Shown here piece by piece: positions 34,859-43,519 of a stretch of DNA of 64,000 nt. This stretch comes from Armatimonadia bacterium (lineage in GTDB: Bacteria > Armatimonadota > Zipacnadia > Zipacnadales > JABUFB01). The stretch is taken from contig JBDKVB010000005.1 in NCBI GenBank assembly GCA_039679385.1, positions 271 through 64,270 on the forward strand, in the 5' to 3' direction. Position numbers and translations under genes: made by a program. The notes below the pieces were generated by a model. The model was not told the DNA's origin and did not search any database. It saw nothing but the letters and a program-made list of their open reading frames with translations. Position 1 is the first letter of the stretch, and every line of letters begins with the position of its first letter.

Positions 34859-36123
34859 AGCGTGCCCTCATAGATGCTCTCGTCGCCTGCGTAGGGATCG
34901 TGCAGCGTGATGCCCTGCGGGGTGAAGCCCGCCGTGACGACCGGCGGCTTGCCGGTGTCCCAGTAGCTCGCGTTCCGGGCCATCACCTGCCGTGCGGCAT
35001 GGATGATGGCCGTCGGGATGCGCAGGGACCGCGCGTCCGGATAGGTGCCCGCAAGGTCGTGTGCATGTGCCCCGCTGGCGACGCAGCGGGCGACCTTCTC
35101 CATGCAGTCCACGAGGCTGTCCTTGCCATACCCCGTGCAGCCGAGTGAGCCGTCAGGCCGCGGCACCCAGCGGAAGAAGTGGGTGTTTGAGGTCCGCGAG
35201 CCTTTCCCCTCGATCCAGTAGCGCAGCCCCCGGTACTGCGAATCCGACTCGATCTTGCCCAGGCCACCCACGAAGTGACTCTCCTGATTGACCGGTCCCT
35301 CGAAATCCGCGGGAGTGAGCCAGGTGTTCTCGTAGCTGACCGCCATGCCGTTCGTGTGGGTGACCAGCACCTGGGTGGCGTCGAAGGCGTTCTTGCCGAA
35401 CTCGCTGCGGAGGCGCTGCTTCTCACCGACGGCAAAAAGGCTGAGGGGCTGCAGCTTGAGGTAGTGGCAGAACAGGTCGACCCAGTGGACGCCGACGTAG
35501 GTGAAGGGGTCGCTTTGCTCCACCCATTTGAAGATCTGCGTGGAGACCTCCAGTGGCTCCTCCAGGACGCCTCGGGCGTGGATCGGCAGGCCCATCTGCG
35601 GAGACAGCTCACGGAAAATCTTCAGGTGGTCGGGGTCGTAGCGCTTGTGCATGTCGACGCCGACGATCAGGTCGCGTTCAGCCGCGAGCCGGAGGATCTC
35701 GTCGGCTTCGCGCAGGTCCAGGCACAGGGGCTTCTCGGCGATGACGTGCACGCCGGCCTTCAGCGCACAGAGAATCGGAGCAGTGTGCAGGTGGTCGGGT
35801 GTCGCTACCACGAGTACATCCAGATCGGGGTGATCGGCGACGATGGCCTCCCAGGGCGCTTCGCCCCAGTAGGGCTTCGGGGCATACCCGGTGTGCTGCT
35901 CGTTGAGGGCGCAGCCGCGGCGGGCCGACTGCTCTGAGCGCGTACCGATCGCAACCATCTGCAGCTTCAGACCGGCGTAGTCAGCGGCGCGCAGGTCGAG
36001 GCCGATCCGGTCGAGGTGCGGCGAGAGCCCCGAACGCTGCAGGTCCCACATCGTCCCGGCCACCACATCGCTACCAAACATGCCATACCCAACCTGTGCG
36101 ATCTGAAGGGTGTTATCGCGCAT
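34855..36123 (-). CDS. Gfo/Idh/MocA family NAD(P)-dependent oxidoreductase
   Basis: 'IAQVGYGMFG' Rossmann start and 'LDVLVVATPDHLHTAPILCALKAGVHVIAEKPL', the hallmark Gfo/Idh/MocA motif (EKP). Confidence 0.8.
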   Translation of the reverse strand: MRDNTLQIAQVGYGMFGSDVVAGTMWDLQRSGLSPHLDRIGLDLRAADYAGLKLQMVAIGTRSEQSARRGCALNEQHTGYAPKPYWGEAPWEAIVADHPDLDVLVVATPDHLHTAPILCALKAGVHVIAEKPLCLDLREADEILRLAAERDLIVGVDMHKRYDPDHLKIFRELSPQMGLPIHARGVLEEPLEVSTQIFKWVEQSDPFTYVGVHWVDLFCHYLKLQPLSLFAVGEKQRLRSEFGKNAFDATQVLVTHTNGMAVSYENTWLTPADFEGPVNQESHFVGGLGKIESDSQYRGLRYWIEGKGSRTSNTHFFRWVPRPDGSLGCTGYGKDSLVDCMEKVARCVASGAHAHDLAGTYPDARSLRIPTAIIHAARQVMARNASYWDTGKPPVVTAGFTPQGITLHDPYAGDESIYEGTL

Positions 36124-36175
36124 CGGGGAGCACCTCAGCTCTTGCGTAGTTGATCGGGCGCCTGCGGGGCACCGG

Positions 36176-36754
36176 TCATCTGGTCTCGGTCCGCTGCTCG
36201 CACCAGCGCAGGAAGTCGTCGACTTCGGTGATGCCGCACTCCAGCACGGCCTCGTAGATATCTATGGAAAGGATGGTCCTGCGGTACTGGGGCCCGTCGC
36301 AGATGGCCTCTTTGATCGCGAGTATCCTCGCCCGTTTGTCCTCCGTCAGAAGCCGCTGCCAGACCTCATTCCTATCGGTGGGGAACTCCTCACGGAAGGC
36401 TGTCCACAGGTCGAGCTTCCAGACCAGCTCTCGCCAGAAGACGCGAGCGCCGATATAGATGCCGCGCGGAAGTGACGGCGAGGGGTGCTCGGTGAAGTCC
36501 TCGACTGTCAATCGATAGCAGGACCCGGTCTTGGCCAGGAGCGTAGCGAACTGCCAGTTCTCCTCCCACTCGGGCCGGGCATAGCGGTGGTAGTCGAGAT
36601 CGCGCCAGGTCATCGTGTGCATCGCATAGCTGCCGACAGGCTGGTAGCCGGCCTCGGCAAGAAGGGCACCGAGGCCGGTCTCCGACAGCATCTGGTCGCC
36701 CTCGGCCCTCAGGGCAGCGTCGAGAGCAAAGAGGCGCCTGGTCTCGCAGTCCAT
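36176..36754 (-). CDS. Small hypothetical protein, possible minimal nucleotidyltransferase fold
   Basis: 'VGSYAMHTMTWRDLDY' fits the hG[GS]x9-13Dh[DE]h pattern of Pol-beta-type NTases. Otherwise unassigned. Confidence 0.35.
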   Translation of the reverse strand: MDCETRRLFALDAALRAEGDQMLSETGLGALLAEAGYQPVGSYAMHTMTWRDLDYHRYARPEWEENWQFATLLAKTGSCYRLTVEDFTEHPSPSLPRGIYIGARVFWRELVWKLDLWTAFREEFPTDRNEVWQRLLTEDKRARILAIKEAICDGPQYRRTILSIDIYEAVLECGITEVDDFLRWCEQRTETR

Positions 36755-36799
36755 CCTGTCTCCTTCATCGAGGCACCCTAGGCAGCCTCAACAGTGAGG

Positions 36800-39778
36800 C
36801 TACCCGTTCAGTCGCTGCAGCATCTCGCGACCTCGTGCGGCCGTATCGTCCTTCTTCGTCAGGTCCTCGGCCCAGGTTCGCAGGCGGCCCTCCAACTCCG
36901 CAGCTTCGGCGGTCTGGCCCAGTTCGCGCAAGGCCAGCAGCTTCCACCAGTCCGCTTCGCCAAGCTGGTCGTGCCGCTCGGCTGCCGCAGCCTGAAGGTA
37001 GGTCTGACGCTGCTCGGCGTCTTTGAGCAGGCCTGCCTGCTCGGCGGCCAACCACAGGACTTTCGCCTCATGAGGACGAGAGGGCTTGCCGACGCCAAGG
37101 TTCAGCGGGTAGGTGAGAGCAGTCTTCAGGTCCTCCAGGGCACCGGCGTGATCGCCGGCCTCCGAACGCTCACGGGCTCGCCCGGTCAGGCAGTCCACCC
37201 AGAGGCCGTGCATGTGCCGCGCACCCTCCCAGGGGAAGAAGTGGTGCGCCTTGAGGATCTCCAGCGCCCGCTCCCACTTCCCGGTGCGGGTGAGTAGCTC
37301 CGCGATCCGCGCGGCGACCTGCCACTTGCTCTGCACCGACTCGGGGGCCGATAGCATGAGTGATAGCTCGGCGTCAGTGGCACCCGCGGCGTCCTGGCTG
37401 AAGCCCTCTGGAAGGCTCTTGTGGTGTCGCTCGTACAGGTCGGTGAGGTCCATATAGTAGTGGTAGTCGCCGGCCTCGCAGGCGATGGCGTCTCGGTAGT
37501 GCTGCGCCGCCTCGACGGGGTTTCTCTCCCACTGCAGGCAGCCGACGCCAAGGTTACGGTGCAGCACTGCAAAGGACTGGTCGAGGGAGAGTGCCTCGCG
37601 CCACTGCTGCATAGCCTCGTCAGTGCGGTCGAGGAAGGCCAGGACGTTACCGAGCAGATAGCGGGCCTTCCAGTCGGTGGGATCGTCGGCCACGGCGGCC
37701 TCGAGGGCCTCGAGCTCTTCGACGCGACTCGGGAAGCAGAAGTCGAGCGGGCACTGGCGGGCCCTCTCGAGCGCCGCCTTGACCTGCTGCCTGCGGCCAT
37801 TCTGGCGGTTGAAGTGTGCAGACAGGTAGTGGACCATCGGGTAGTCGGCGGCAGCAGGGCAGTGCGCCTCGGCTAGACGCAGCAGATCGAGGCCGGTACC
37901 CTCATCCAGGAAGAGCGCTTCCTCGATCCACAGGGCCACGTCACCGCGTGCCCAGCGGGCGAAGTCTGCGCGGTCCAGTTCCTGCCCCCTTTCCCTGTGT
38001 CTCAGATAGGAATGGAGGCCAAAGAGACGCAGCTTCCACCAGTCGTCGGTGGTGCCACCGAGGATTGCCGCAGCTAGCGGCTCGGATGCGAGCTCCACGG
38101 ACAGCTCGGCGGTCCGCGTAACGACCTCATCGTGGCCACGTCGTCGGGCTTCGGTGAGGGCTCTGAAGGCGCCTTCGAAGTCCTTGCAGGCAGCGCGTGC
38201 CAGGGCCAGATAGTAGAGGATCTCGGGGTTATCGGCGTCGCGAGCAAGGGCCTCTTCGAGGTGTTCGCGAGCGCACTCGTACTCCGCCGCGCGGTAGTCG
38301 AGGATGCCGAGGCCGAGATGTGCCATGGAGTAACCGGCATCGCGACTCAGGGCCACCTCATACAGTCGCCGTGCCTCGCGGTGCTCGAGGCGCTTCATAG
38401 CGGTACCAGCCTTGACCGATAGCTGCTCAGCGCTGCACTCGGCTTCCGGCGTCTCAGGCGGGCGCTGGTCCTCACCGGTCTCGGCGACCTTCGGCTTCTT
38501 GGTGTAGGCCGGCGGGCAATGGTACTCGGCGAGGATTTCCCCTTCCTCGGTCATCACGGTCAGCTCGAACTCCGTCTTCTCGTCACACCCAAAGGGCATG
38601 GCGAGTTCGTGGCAGAGGGGCTTCTCAGGCGTCAACTCGGCGGTGGCTTGCCACGGGGTGCGCCCCTCAGCCTGGAGGGCTAGCCTGACCTTGCCCAGGG
38701 GCACCGAGACAAGCGCGCCGATCCGCAGGCGCTCGGCCTCGACCACGAGGTTCAGGATGATGTCCTCGTTGGCATAGACCCATCCGTCCATCCCGTTCTC
38801 CGGCATCCACCATTCGTCCCAGTTGAGCGAGCAATGAGGAGGGAGGAACTCCCAGATGGACTGCGTCGGGAACCGCCCGCTCTGAATCTCGCAGTACTGG
38901 CCGTCTTCGTCGGTGAGATGGTTGACCCACATCATCCCCTCGTCGCAGGTGCCCCAGGTGAAGAACTTGCGCCCGTAGACCTCCTCGTGCGAGGCGACGT
39001 TGACCATGCCGAAGTCTGAGTCCGTGTAGTGGCAGCCGAAGAAGTCCTCGGTGACGTCAAGGGTGAAGATGTCGCCCGCGGCGTGCCGGTTGCGATACCA
39101 GGACTGGTCGAGGCCCTCGGAGTTGACCGGGTAGTCGTAGATGCGGCCGCCGATCATGACCTTCCGCGCGGGGTACACAAGGTGCAGGTCGTTGGTTGCC
39201 GGCACCGCCGAGTTGTTCCAGAACCAGAACCGCTGCTTGTAGTCCATCGGGTTGTGCAGGGAGACCCGCTCATGGAGACGCCTTGCACCGGCCTCCAGCG
39301 ACAGCTCGACGCACCACTCCATGCGGCTTACCCGGCATACGTTGCCCACGGCCAGCCAGACAGACCCATCACTGTCGTCCTGGCCCATCTCCCAACTCAC
39401 CGGTGAGACCGTGGTGTAGGTGTGGCCCATGGGGAAGTTGAACTCGATGCCGCCGGAGACCCAGGCGCCCCGAGTCGCGACCAGGCCGTACTTGACCACA
39501 TTGTTGCGGTAGAAGACCTCGCGCCCGCAGAGCTTGTCATGGAGCGAGTAGAGGTGTCCGCCCAACTCGGGCAAGACGATGGCATGGAGGTACTCGTTCT
39601 CCAGGTGCAGGGCTGTCCAGTCCTTCATCTCGGCCGGGCCCTCGAGCAGATCGTCCTGCATCGGATACGGGTACACCGAGTTCGAACGGTTGAGGCGCTG
39701 GATCGGTGGGTTCGGGTCCTCAGGGCCTAGGGGGTACGTCTTCAGGGCTAGCGTATCCTGCCAGCAACGCGCAGACAT
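36800..39778 (-). CDS. DUF5107-domain protein with a long C-terminal TPR region
   Basis: The N-terminal ~400 aa ('LENEYLHAIVLPELGGHLYSLHDK..GREVFYRNNVVKYGLVATRGAWVSGGIEFNFP') matches my recollection of DUF5107. The C-terminal half has many TPR-like repeats ('EARRLYEVALSRDAGYSMAHLGLG', 'ALARDADNPEILYYLALA'). No signal peptide. Confidence 0.55.
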   Translation of the reverse strand: MSARCWQDTLALKTYPLGPEDPNPPIQRLNRSNSVYPYPMQDDLLEGPAEMKDWTALHLENEYLHAIVLPELGGHLYSLHDKLCGREVFYRNNVVKYGLVATRGAWVSGGIEFNFPMGHTYTTVSPVSWEMGQDDSDGSVWLAVGNVCRVSRMEWCVELSLEAGARRLHERVSLHNPMDYKQRFWFWNNSAVPATNDLHLVYPARKVMIGGRIYDYPVNSEGLDQSWYRNRHAAGDIFTLDVTEDFFGCHYTDSDFGMVNVASHEEVYGRKFFTWGTCDEGMMWVNHLTDEDGQYCEIQSGRFPTQSIWEFLPPHCSLNWDEWWMPENGMDGWVYANEDIILNLVVEAERLRIGALVSVPLGKVRLALQAEGRTPWQATAELTPEKPLCHELAMPFGCDEKTEFELTVMTEEGEILAEYHCPPAYTKKPKVAETGEDQRPPETPEAECSAEQLSVKAGTAMKRLEHREARRLYEVALSRDAGYSMAHLGLGILDYRAAEYECAREHLEEALARDADNPEILYYLALARAACKDFEGAFRALTEARRRGHDEVVTRTAELSVELASEPLAAAILGGTTDDWWKLRLFGLHSYLRHRERGQELDRADFARWARGDVALWIEEALFLDEGTGLDLLRLAEAHCPAAADYPMVHYLSAHFNRQNGRRQQVKAALERARQCPLDFCFPSRVEELEALEAAVADDPTDWKARYLLGNVLAFLDRTDEAMQQWREALSLDQSFAVLHRNLGVGCLQWERNPVEAAQHYRDAIACEAGDYHYYMDLTDLYERHHKSLPEGFSQDAAGATDAELSLMLSAPESVQSKWQVAARIAELLTRTGKWERALEILKAHHFFPWEGARHMHGLWVDCLTGRARERSEAGDHAGALEDLKTALTYPLNLGVGKPSRPHEAKVLWLAAEQAGLLKDAEQRQTYLQAAAAERHDQLGEADWWKLLALRELGQTAEAAELEGRLRTWAEDLTKKDDTAARGREMLQRLNG

Positions 39779-39851
39779 GGGTCACCTCAGATAGGTTGGG
39801 TTCGTAGCTATAACCCGGGGCTGCCATGCCCCGGGCTGGAAGTGCAGGGCC

Positions 39852-41387
39852 TCAGGCGCGCGGGTAGTGCGCCCCGTAGATCAGCGGCTTCGTGCGGATC
39901 GCCAGGTCTCCATCCTTGACGTAGTTCTCGCCCCGGATCGAGAGGGTCTCGACGAGGCGTTCGCGCCATCTTGCCAGCATCTGTGCCTGCGACGGATCCG
40001 AAGCGAGGTCGTGGAGCTCGCCGGGATCGCGCCGCAGATCGAACAACTGCTGCCGGCCGGTCGGCGCGAAGTAGACATACTTGTAGTGGCCGTCGGTGAG
40101 GGCGTGCCAGTCGTTCTCCGAGAAGTAGCAGCGTGCGTGCTCCAGGTCGAGATAGGGCCGCCAGTCCTCCGTCTCACCTCGCGTCAGGCCGAGGAGACTG
40201 CGACCGTCGAAGTCCTCCTGCGAGTAGCGTACTCCCGCCGCCTCCAAGAAGGTCGGCAGGACGTCGCGCAGCTCCACAACCTCGTCGCGCACCTGTCCAG
40301 CCACGTCCCCCGAGAGCCCCTCCGGACAGCGCATCAGCATCGATACCCGTGTCGAACCCTCGTAGGGGTAGGTCTTCCGCCACAGGTAGTGATCGCCGAG
40401 GTTGTCACCGTGGTCGCTGGTGGACAGGAGGAGCGTGTTCTCCAGCATCCCTCGCTTCTCAAGCGTCTCAAGGACGCGGCCGATCTGCTCGTCGATGAAG
40501 GTGACGTTGCCGTAGTAGCCCTGGCGTGAGCGCCGGACTTGCTCGGTCCCCAGATCGCCCCAGAAGGCGTCACTGCGCGGCTTCTCGCCACGGTGCGCAT
40601 AGCCTTCGCACCAGTCGCCGTGGAGGGCCTCGGGCAGAGCGGCATCCTCGTACATCTTCATGAACCGCTCGGGCGCATCGTAGGGGCTGTGAGGGCGAGC
40701 AAAGGAGACCTTGGCGAAGAAGGGCGCATCGTCGTGGTAGGTCTCCAGGAAGCTGACGGCCTGGTCGCCCGTCCAGCGTGTCGGGTGCAGGTGCTCGGGC
40801 AGCTTGTAGGGCGCTGCCGCGTAGTCGTTCCAGCCGATTCCGGTGGCGTCGGGGTCCATACCCGGCGCGACCTGGTGGAACCACTGCCGGTAATCGCTGA
40901 CGAAACCTGGTGACTCGACGCGGCCGGACTCGTCGAGCAGAACTTTGTGGAAGCCGTGCAGATTGCGCTGGGGATGGTAGTGCATCTTGCCGATCCCCAG
41001 GGCGTAGTACCCGGCCTCACGAAGCATCCGTGGCATCTCGTGCTCGTAGCGCAGGGCAACCTGGCCATAGCCCAGCATCCCGTGTCGCCAGGGGGAGAGG
41101 CCGGTCAGCAGTCCGGCACGAGCCGGGGTGCAAGAGGGCGTCGAGGTGTAGGCGTGGCAGAAGCGGACGCCCTCGTGCGCGATCCGGTCAAGGTGCGGAG
41201 TCTGGATGACCGGATTCCCATCGGCACCCAGGCAGTCGCCCCGGTGCTGATCGGTCATGAGAAGGAGGATGTTAGGGCGTCGCGAGCGGTCGGCCAAAGC
41301 AGGAGCACCTCGCCTTCCAAGGGCGGCGGCAGTGGCGCCGCCGGCAAGCATACTAAGGAAGCCACGCCGGGTAACGTCCTCAGGCAT
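39852..41387 (-). CDS. Arylsulfatase-family sulfatase (formylglycine-dependent) with Tat signal
   Basis: Twin-arginine signal 'TRRGFLSMLAGGATAAALG'. 'PNILLLMTDQHRGD' and the CxPxR site 'CTPARAGLLTG'. ATG at 41387 chosen. Confidence 0.85.
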   Translation of the reverse strand: MPEDVTRRGFLSMLAGGATAAALGRRGAPALADRSRRPNILLLMTDQHRGDCLGADGNPVIQTPHLDRIAHEGVRFCHAYTSTPSCTPARAGLLTGLSPWRHGMLGYGQVALRYEHEMPRMLREAGYYALGIGKMHYHPQRNLHGFHKVLLDESGRVESPGFVSDYRQWFHQVAPGMDPDATGIGWNDYAAAPYKLPEHLHPTRWTGDQAVSFLETYHDDAPFFAKVSFARPHSPYDAPERFMKMYEDAALPEALHGDWCEGYAHRGEKPRSDAFWGDLGTEQVRRSRQGYYGNVTFIDEQIGRVLETLEKRGMLENTLLLSTSDHGDNLGDHYLWRKTYPYEGSTRVSMLMRCPEGLSGDVAGQVRDEVVELRDVLPTFLEAAGVRYSQEDFDGRSLLGLTRGETEDWRPYLDLEHARCYFSENDWHALTDGHYKYVYFAPTGRQQLFDLRRDPGELHDLASDPSQAQMLARWRERLVETLSIRGENYVKDGDLAIRTKPLIYGAHYPRA

Positions 41388-41570
41388 GATGGGCAACTCC
41401 GTTGCCGGAGTGTCGGACCAAGGCCTGGCAACCAAGCGTGGTTCTCCCTGCCCGACAGGAACACCTTCCTAGTGTTGGAAGGTAGCGACGAGACCAAGGG
41501 GGAAAGACAGACTTTTGCGGCGACTCGGCCGGGGCCGCTTACCCGGCACAGTGGGGCTATCCAGTCAGTC

Positions 41571-43514
41571 ATGCGCACCGAGAAGCTTCCAGACGAGAAA
41601 AGACCCTCACCGGTTCGTGCTCTCCTCATCGGCACGGTGCTGGTGCCTGCCGGCGTGTTCTTCGGCGCCTACGCTTATCTGATCATCCAGGCGCTGACCT
41701 GGGCACAGACTTCGCTGCAGTTGGGCTCCGTGTTCACGCTGTTCATCGTCGCGGTTCTCAACGGCTTCGTCGGCCTTATCGCGAAACCTCTGAAGCTGCG
41801 CCAGGGCGAGCAGCTCCTCATCTACATCATGATGTGCCTGGCCGCCTGTCTCAGCGGCAACAGCTTCGTGCCCTTCCTGGTCAACACGATGGTCGCGGGC
41901 CGTTACTATGCGACTCCCGAGAACAAGTGGGCCGACTTCCACGACCTGCTGCCAAGCTTCTTCGGCCCGACGGATGACCGGGTGATCCGCTGGTACTACG
42001 AGGGCAGCGGGACGCTGTACAGTCCCGAGGTGCTCCGCGAGTGGGCTGTGCCCCTGGCCTACTGGGGTGCGATGATCGTCCTGCTGATGATGGGCGCGGT
42101 GTTCATCGCCAACCTCCTGGGCAAGCAGTGGGTCCACCGCGAGCGACTTACCTTCCCGCTGGTGCAACTGCCCCTGGAGATGACCTCGGAGGGCACGAGT
42201 ACACATTTCTGGCGTAGCCGGTACATGTGGGCGGGGCTGCTCACGGCGGCGATCCTCGAGTCCATCGACTTCATCAACTACCTGTACCCGTCCGTCCCGA
42301 CGGTGTGGCTGAAGGCTCGGCGAGTTGAGGCCTGGGCTTCGTCAACGCCCTGGAATGCCATGCGGCCCTTCTCGGTGGCGTTCTTCCCCTTCATGATCGG
42401 GATCGGGTTCCTGCTGACCCGCGACGCCTCCTTCAGTTGCTGGTTCTTCTACCTGTTTGGGAAGCTCGTGACGGTGGGGTGTGCAGCGGCCGGACTTCGG
42501 GGAGGCGGAGCGCAGAGCGGTCTGGCCCGGCTGCCCTTGATGCAAGAGCAAGGTGCGGGCGGACTGCTTGGGATCATGGCCGGGGCACTGTGGGTGGCAA
42601 AGGGATCGCTGCGCGAGGCCTGGCGGCGCAAGGAGCCTGACGAGACCGCCTTCATCCATCCGCGCTATGCCTTGTGGGGGTTCGTCGCGGTGATGGTGGC
42701 CCTGACGCTCATGGCCTCTGCGGCTGGGCTCACCCCGACCATCGGCGTGCTCTACTTCGGCCTGTACTTCCTCTTCGTAACCGCCATTGGCCGCGTCGTG
42801 GCTGAGACGGGAGCAGGCTGGACCATGGTCCAGCGTAACCGCGCCCACCAGCTCGTGATGGCCCTCCTGGGCGGCCGACGATTCACCGCCCAGGGGCTCA
42901 CCAGCTTCATGGTCATGGACTGGCTCGACAACGACTATCGAGACACGCCCGTCGTCCACCTGCTATCCGCACTCAAGATGCGTCACGATACGGGCAAGAT
43001 TCCCGCGGGGCAACTCCTGGCGGCGGTCAGCCTCACAACGGTCGTCGGGCTGATCTCGTCCTTCTGGACTTTCCTGCACATCTACTACTCCTACGGCGCC
43101 GCCACAGCCAAGGTTCGACCGTGGTTCACCGCCGTCGGGAGGCAGCCCTACCAACAGCTCGCCGACGCACTCAACTTCCCGCAGCCTCCCGACCTCTGGG
43201 GCCTGGCCGGGTCGGCGATCGGTTTCGTGGTGGTGCTCGTGCTGGGCCTGGCCCGGCAGATGATCCCCAACTTCATGCTGCACCCGGTGGGCTACGCCAT
43301 CGCCAACACGGCCTCCATGGAGTACCTCTGGATGCCCTTCCTGATCGCCTGGGCGCTCAAGAGCGTTGTGCTGCGCTACGGCGGCATCAAGGTCTACCAC
43401 CGCATGGTGCCCTTTGCGCTCGGAGCGATCCTTGGCGACCTCGTGGCCCCGGGACTGTGGGGCTTGTACGGGACCATCGTCGGCCGCCAGATGTATATGT
43501 TCTTCCCGCACTAG
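41571..43514 (+). CDS. Polytopic (~14 TM) membrane protein, unassigned family; paralogue of 22258..24207
   Basis: 647 aa, against 649 aa for the paralogue; shared blocks are listed under 22258..24207. The part of track ORF 40947.. upstream of the ATG at 41571 is antisense to the sulfatase gene and is rejected. Confidence 0.7.
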   Translation: MRTEKLPDEKRPSPVRALLIGTVLVPAGVFFGAYAYLIIQALTWAQTSLQLGSVFTLFIVAVLNGFVGLIAKPLKLRQGEQLLIYIMMCLAACLSGNSFVPFLVNTMVAGRYYATPENKWADFHDLLPSFFGPTDDRVIRWYYEGSGTLYSPEVLREWAVPLAYWGAMIVLLMMGAVFIANLLGKQWVHRERLTFPLVQLPLEMTSEGTSTHFWRSRYMWAGLLTAAILESIDFINYLYPSVPTVWLKARRVEAWASSTPWNAMRPFSVAFFPFMIGIGFLLTRDASFSCWFFYLFGKLVTVGCAAAGLRGGGAQSGLARLPLMQEQGAGGLLGIMAGALWVAKGSLREAWRRKEPDETAFIHPRYALWGFVAVMVALTLMASAAGLTPTIGVLYFGLYFLFVTAIGRVVAETGAGWTMVQRNRAHQLVMALLGGRRFTAQGLTSFMVMDWLDNDYRDTPVVHLLSALKMRHDTGKIPAGQLLAAVSLTTVVGLISSFWTFLHIYYSYGAATAKVRPWFTAVGRQPYQQLADALNFPQPPDLWGLAGSAIGFVVVLVLGLARQMIPNFMLHPVGYAIANTASMEYLWMPFLIAWALKSVVLRYGGIKVYHRMVPFALGAILGDLVAPGLWGLYGTIVGRQMYMFFPH

Positions 43515-43519
43515 CCCGC

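Noticed and set aside
40947-41570. N-terminal 208-aa extension of track ORF 40947..43514.
   Set aside because: The extension is antisense to the well-supported sulfatase gene and has shadow-ORF composition. The paralogue at 22258 aligns from the ATG at 41571 ('MRTEKLPDEKRPSPVRALLIG...').
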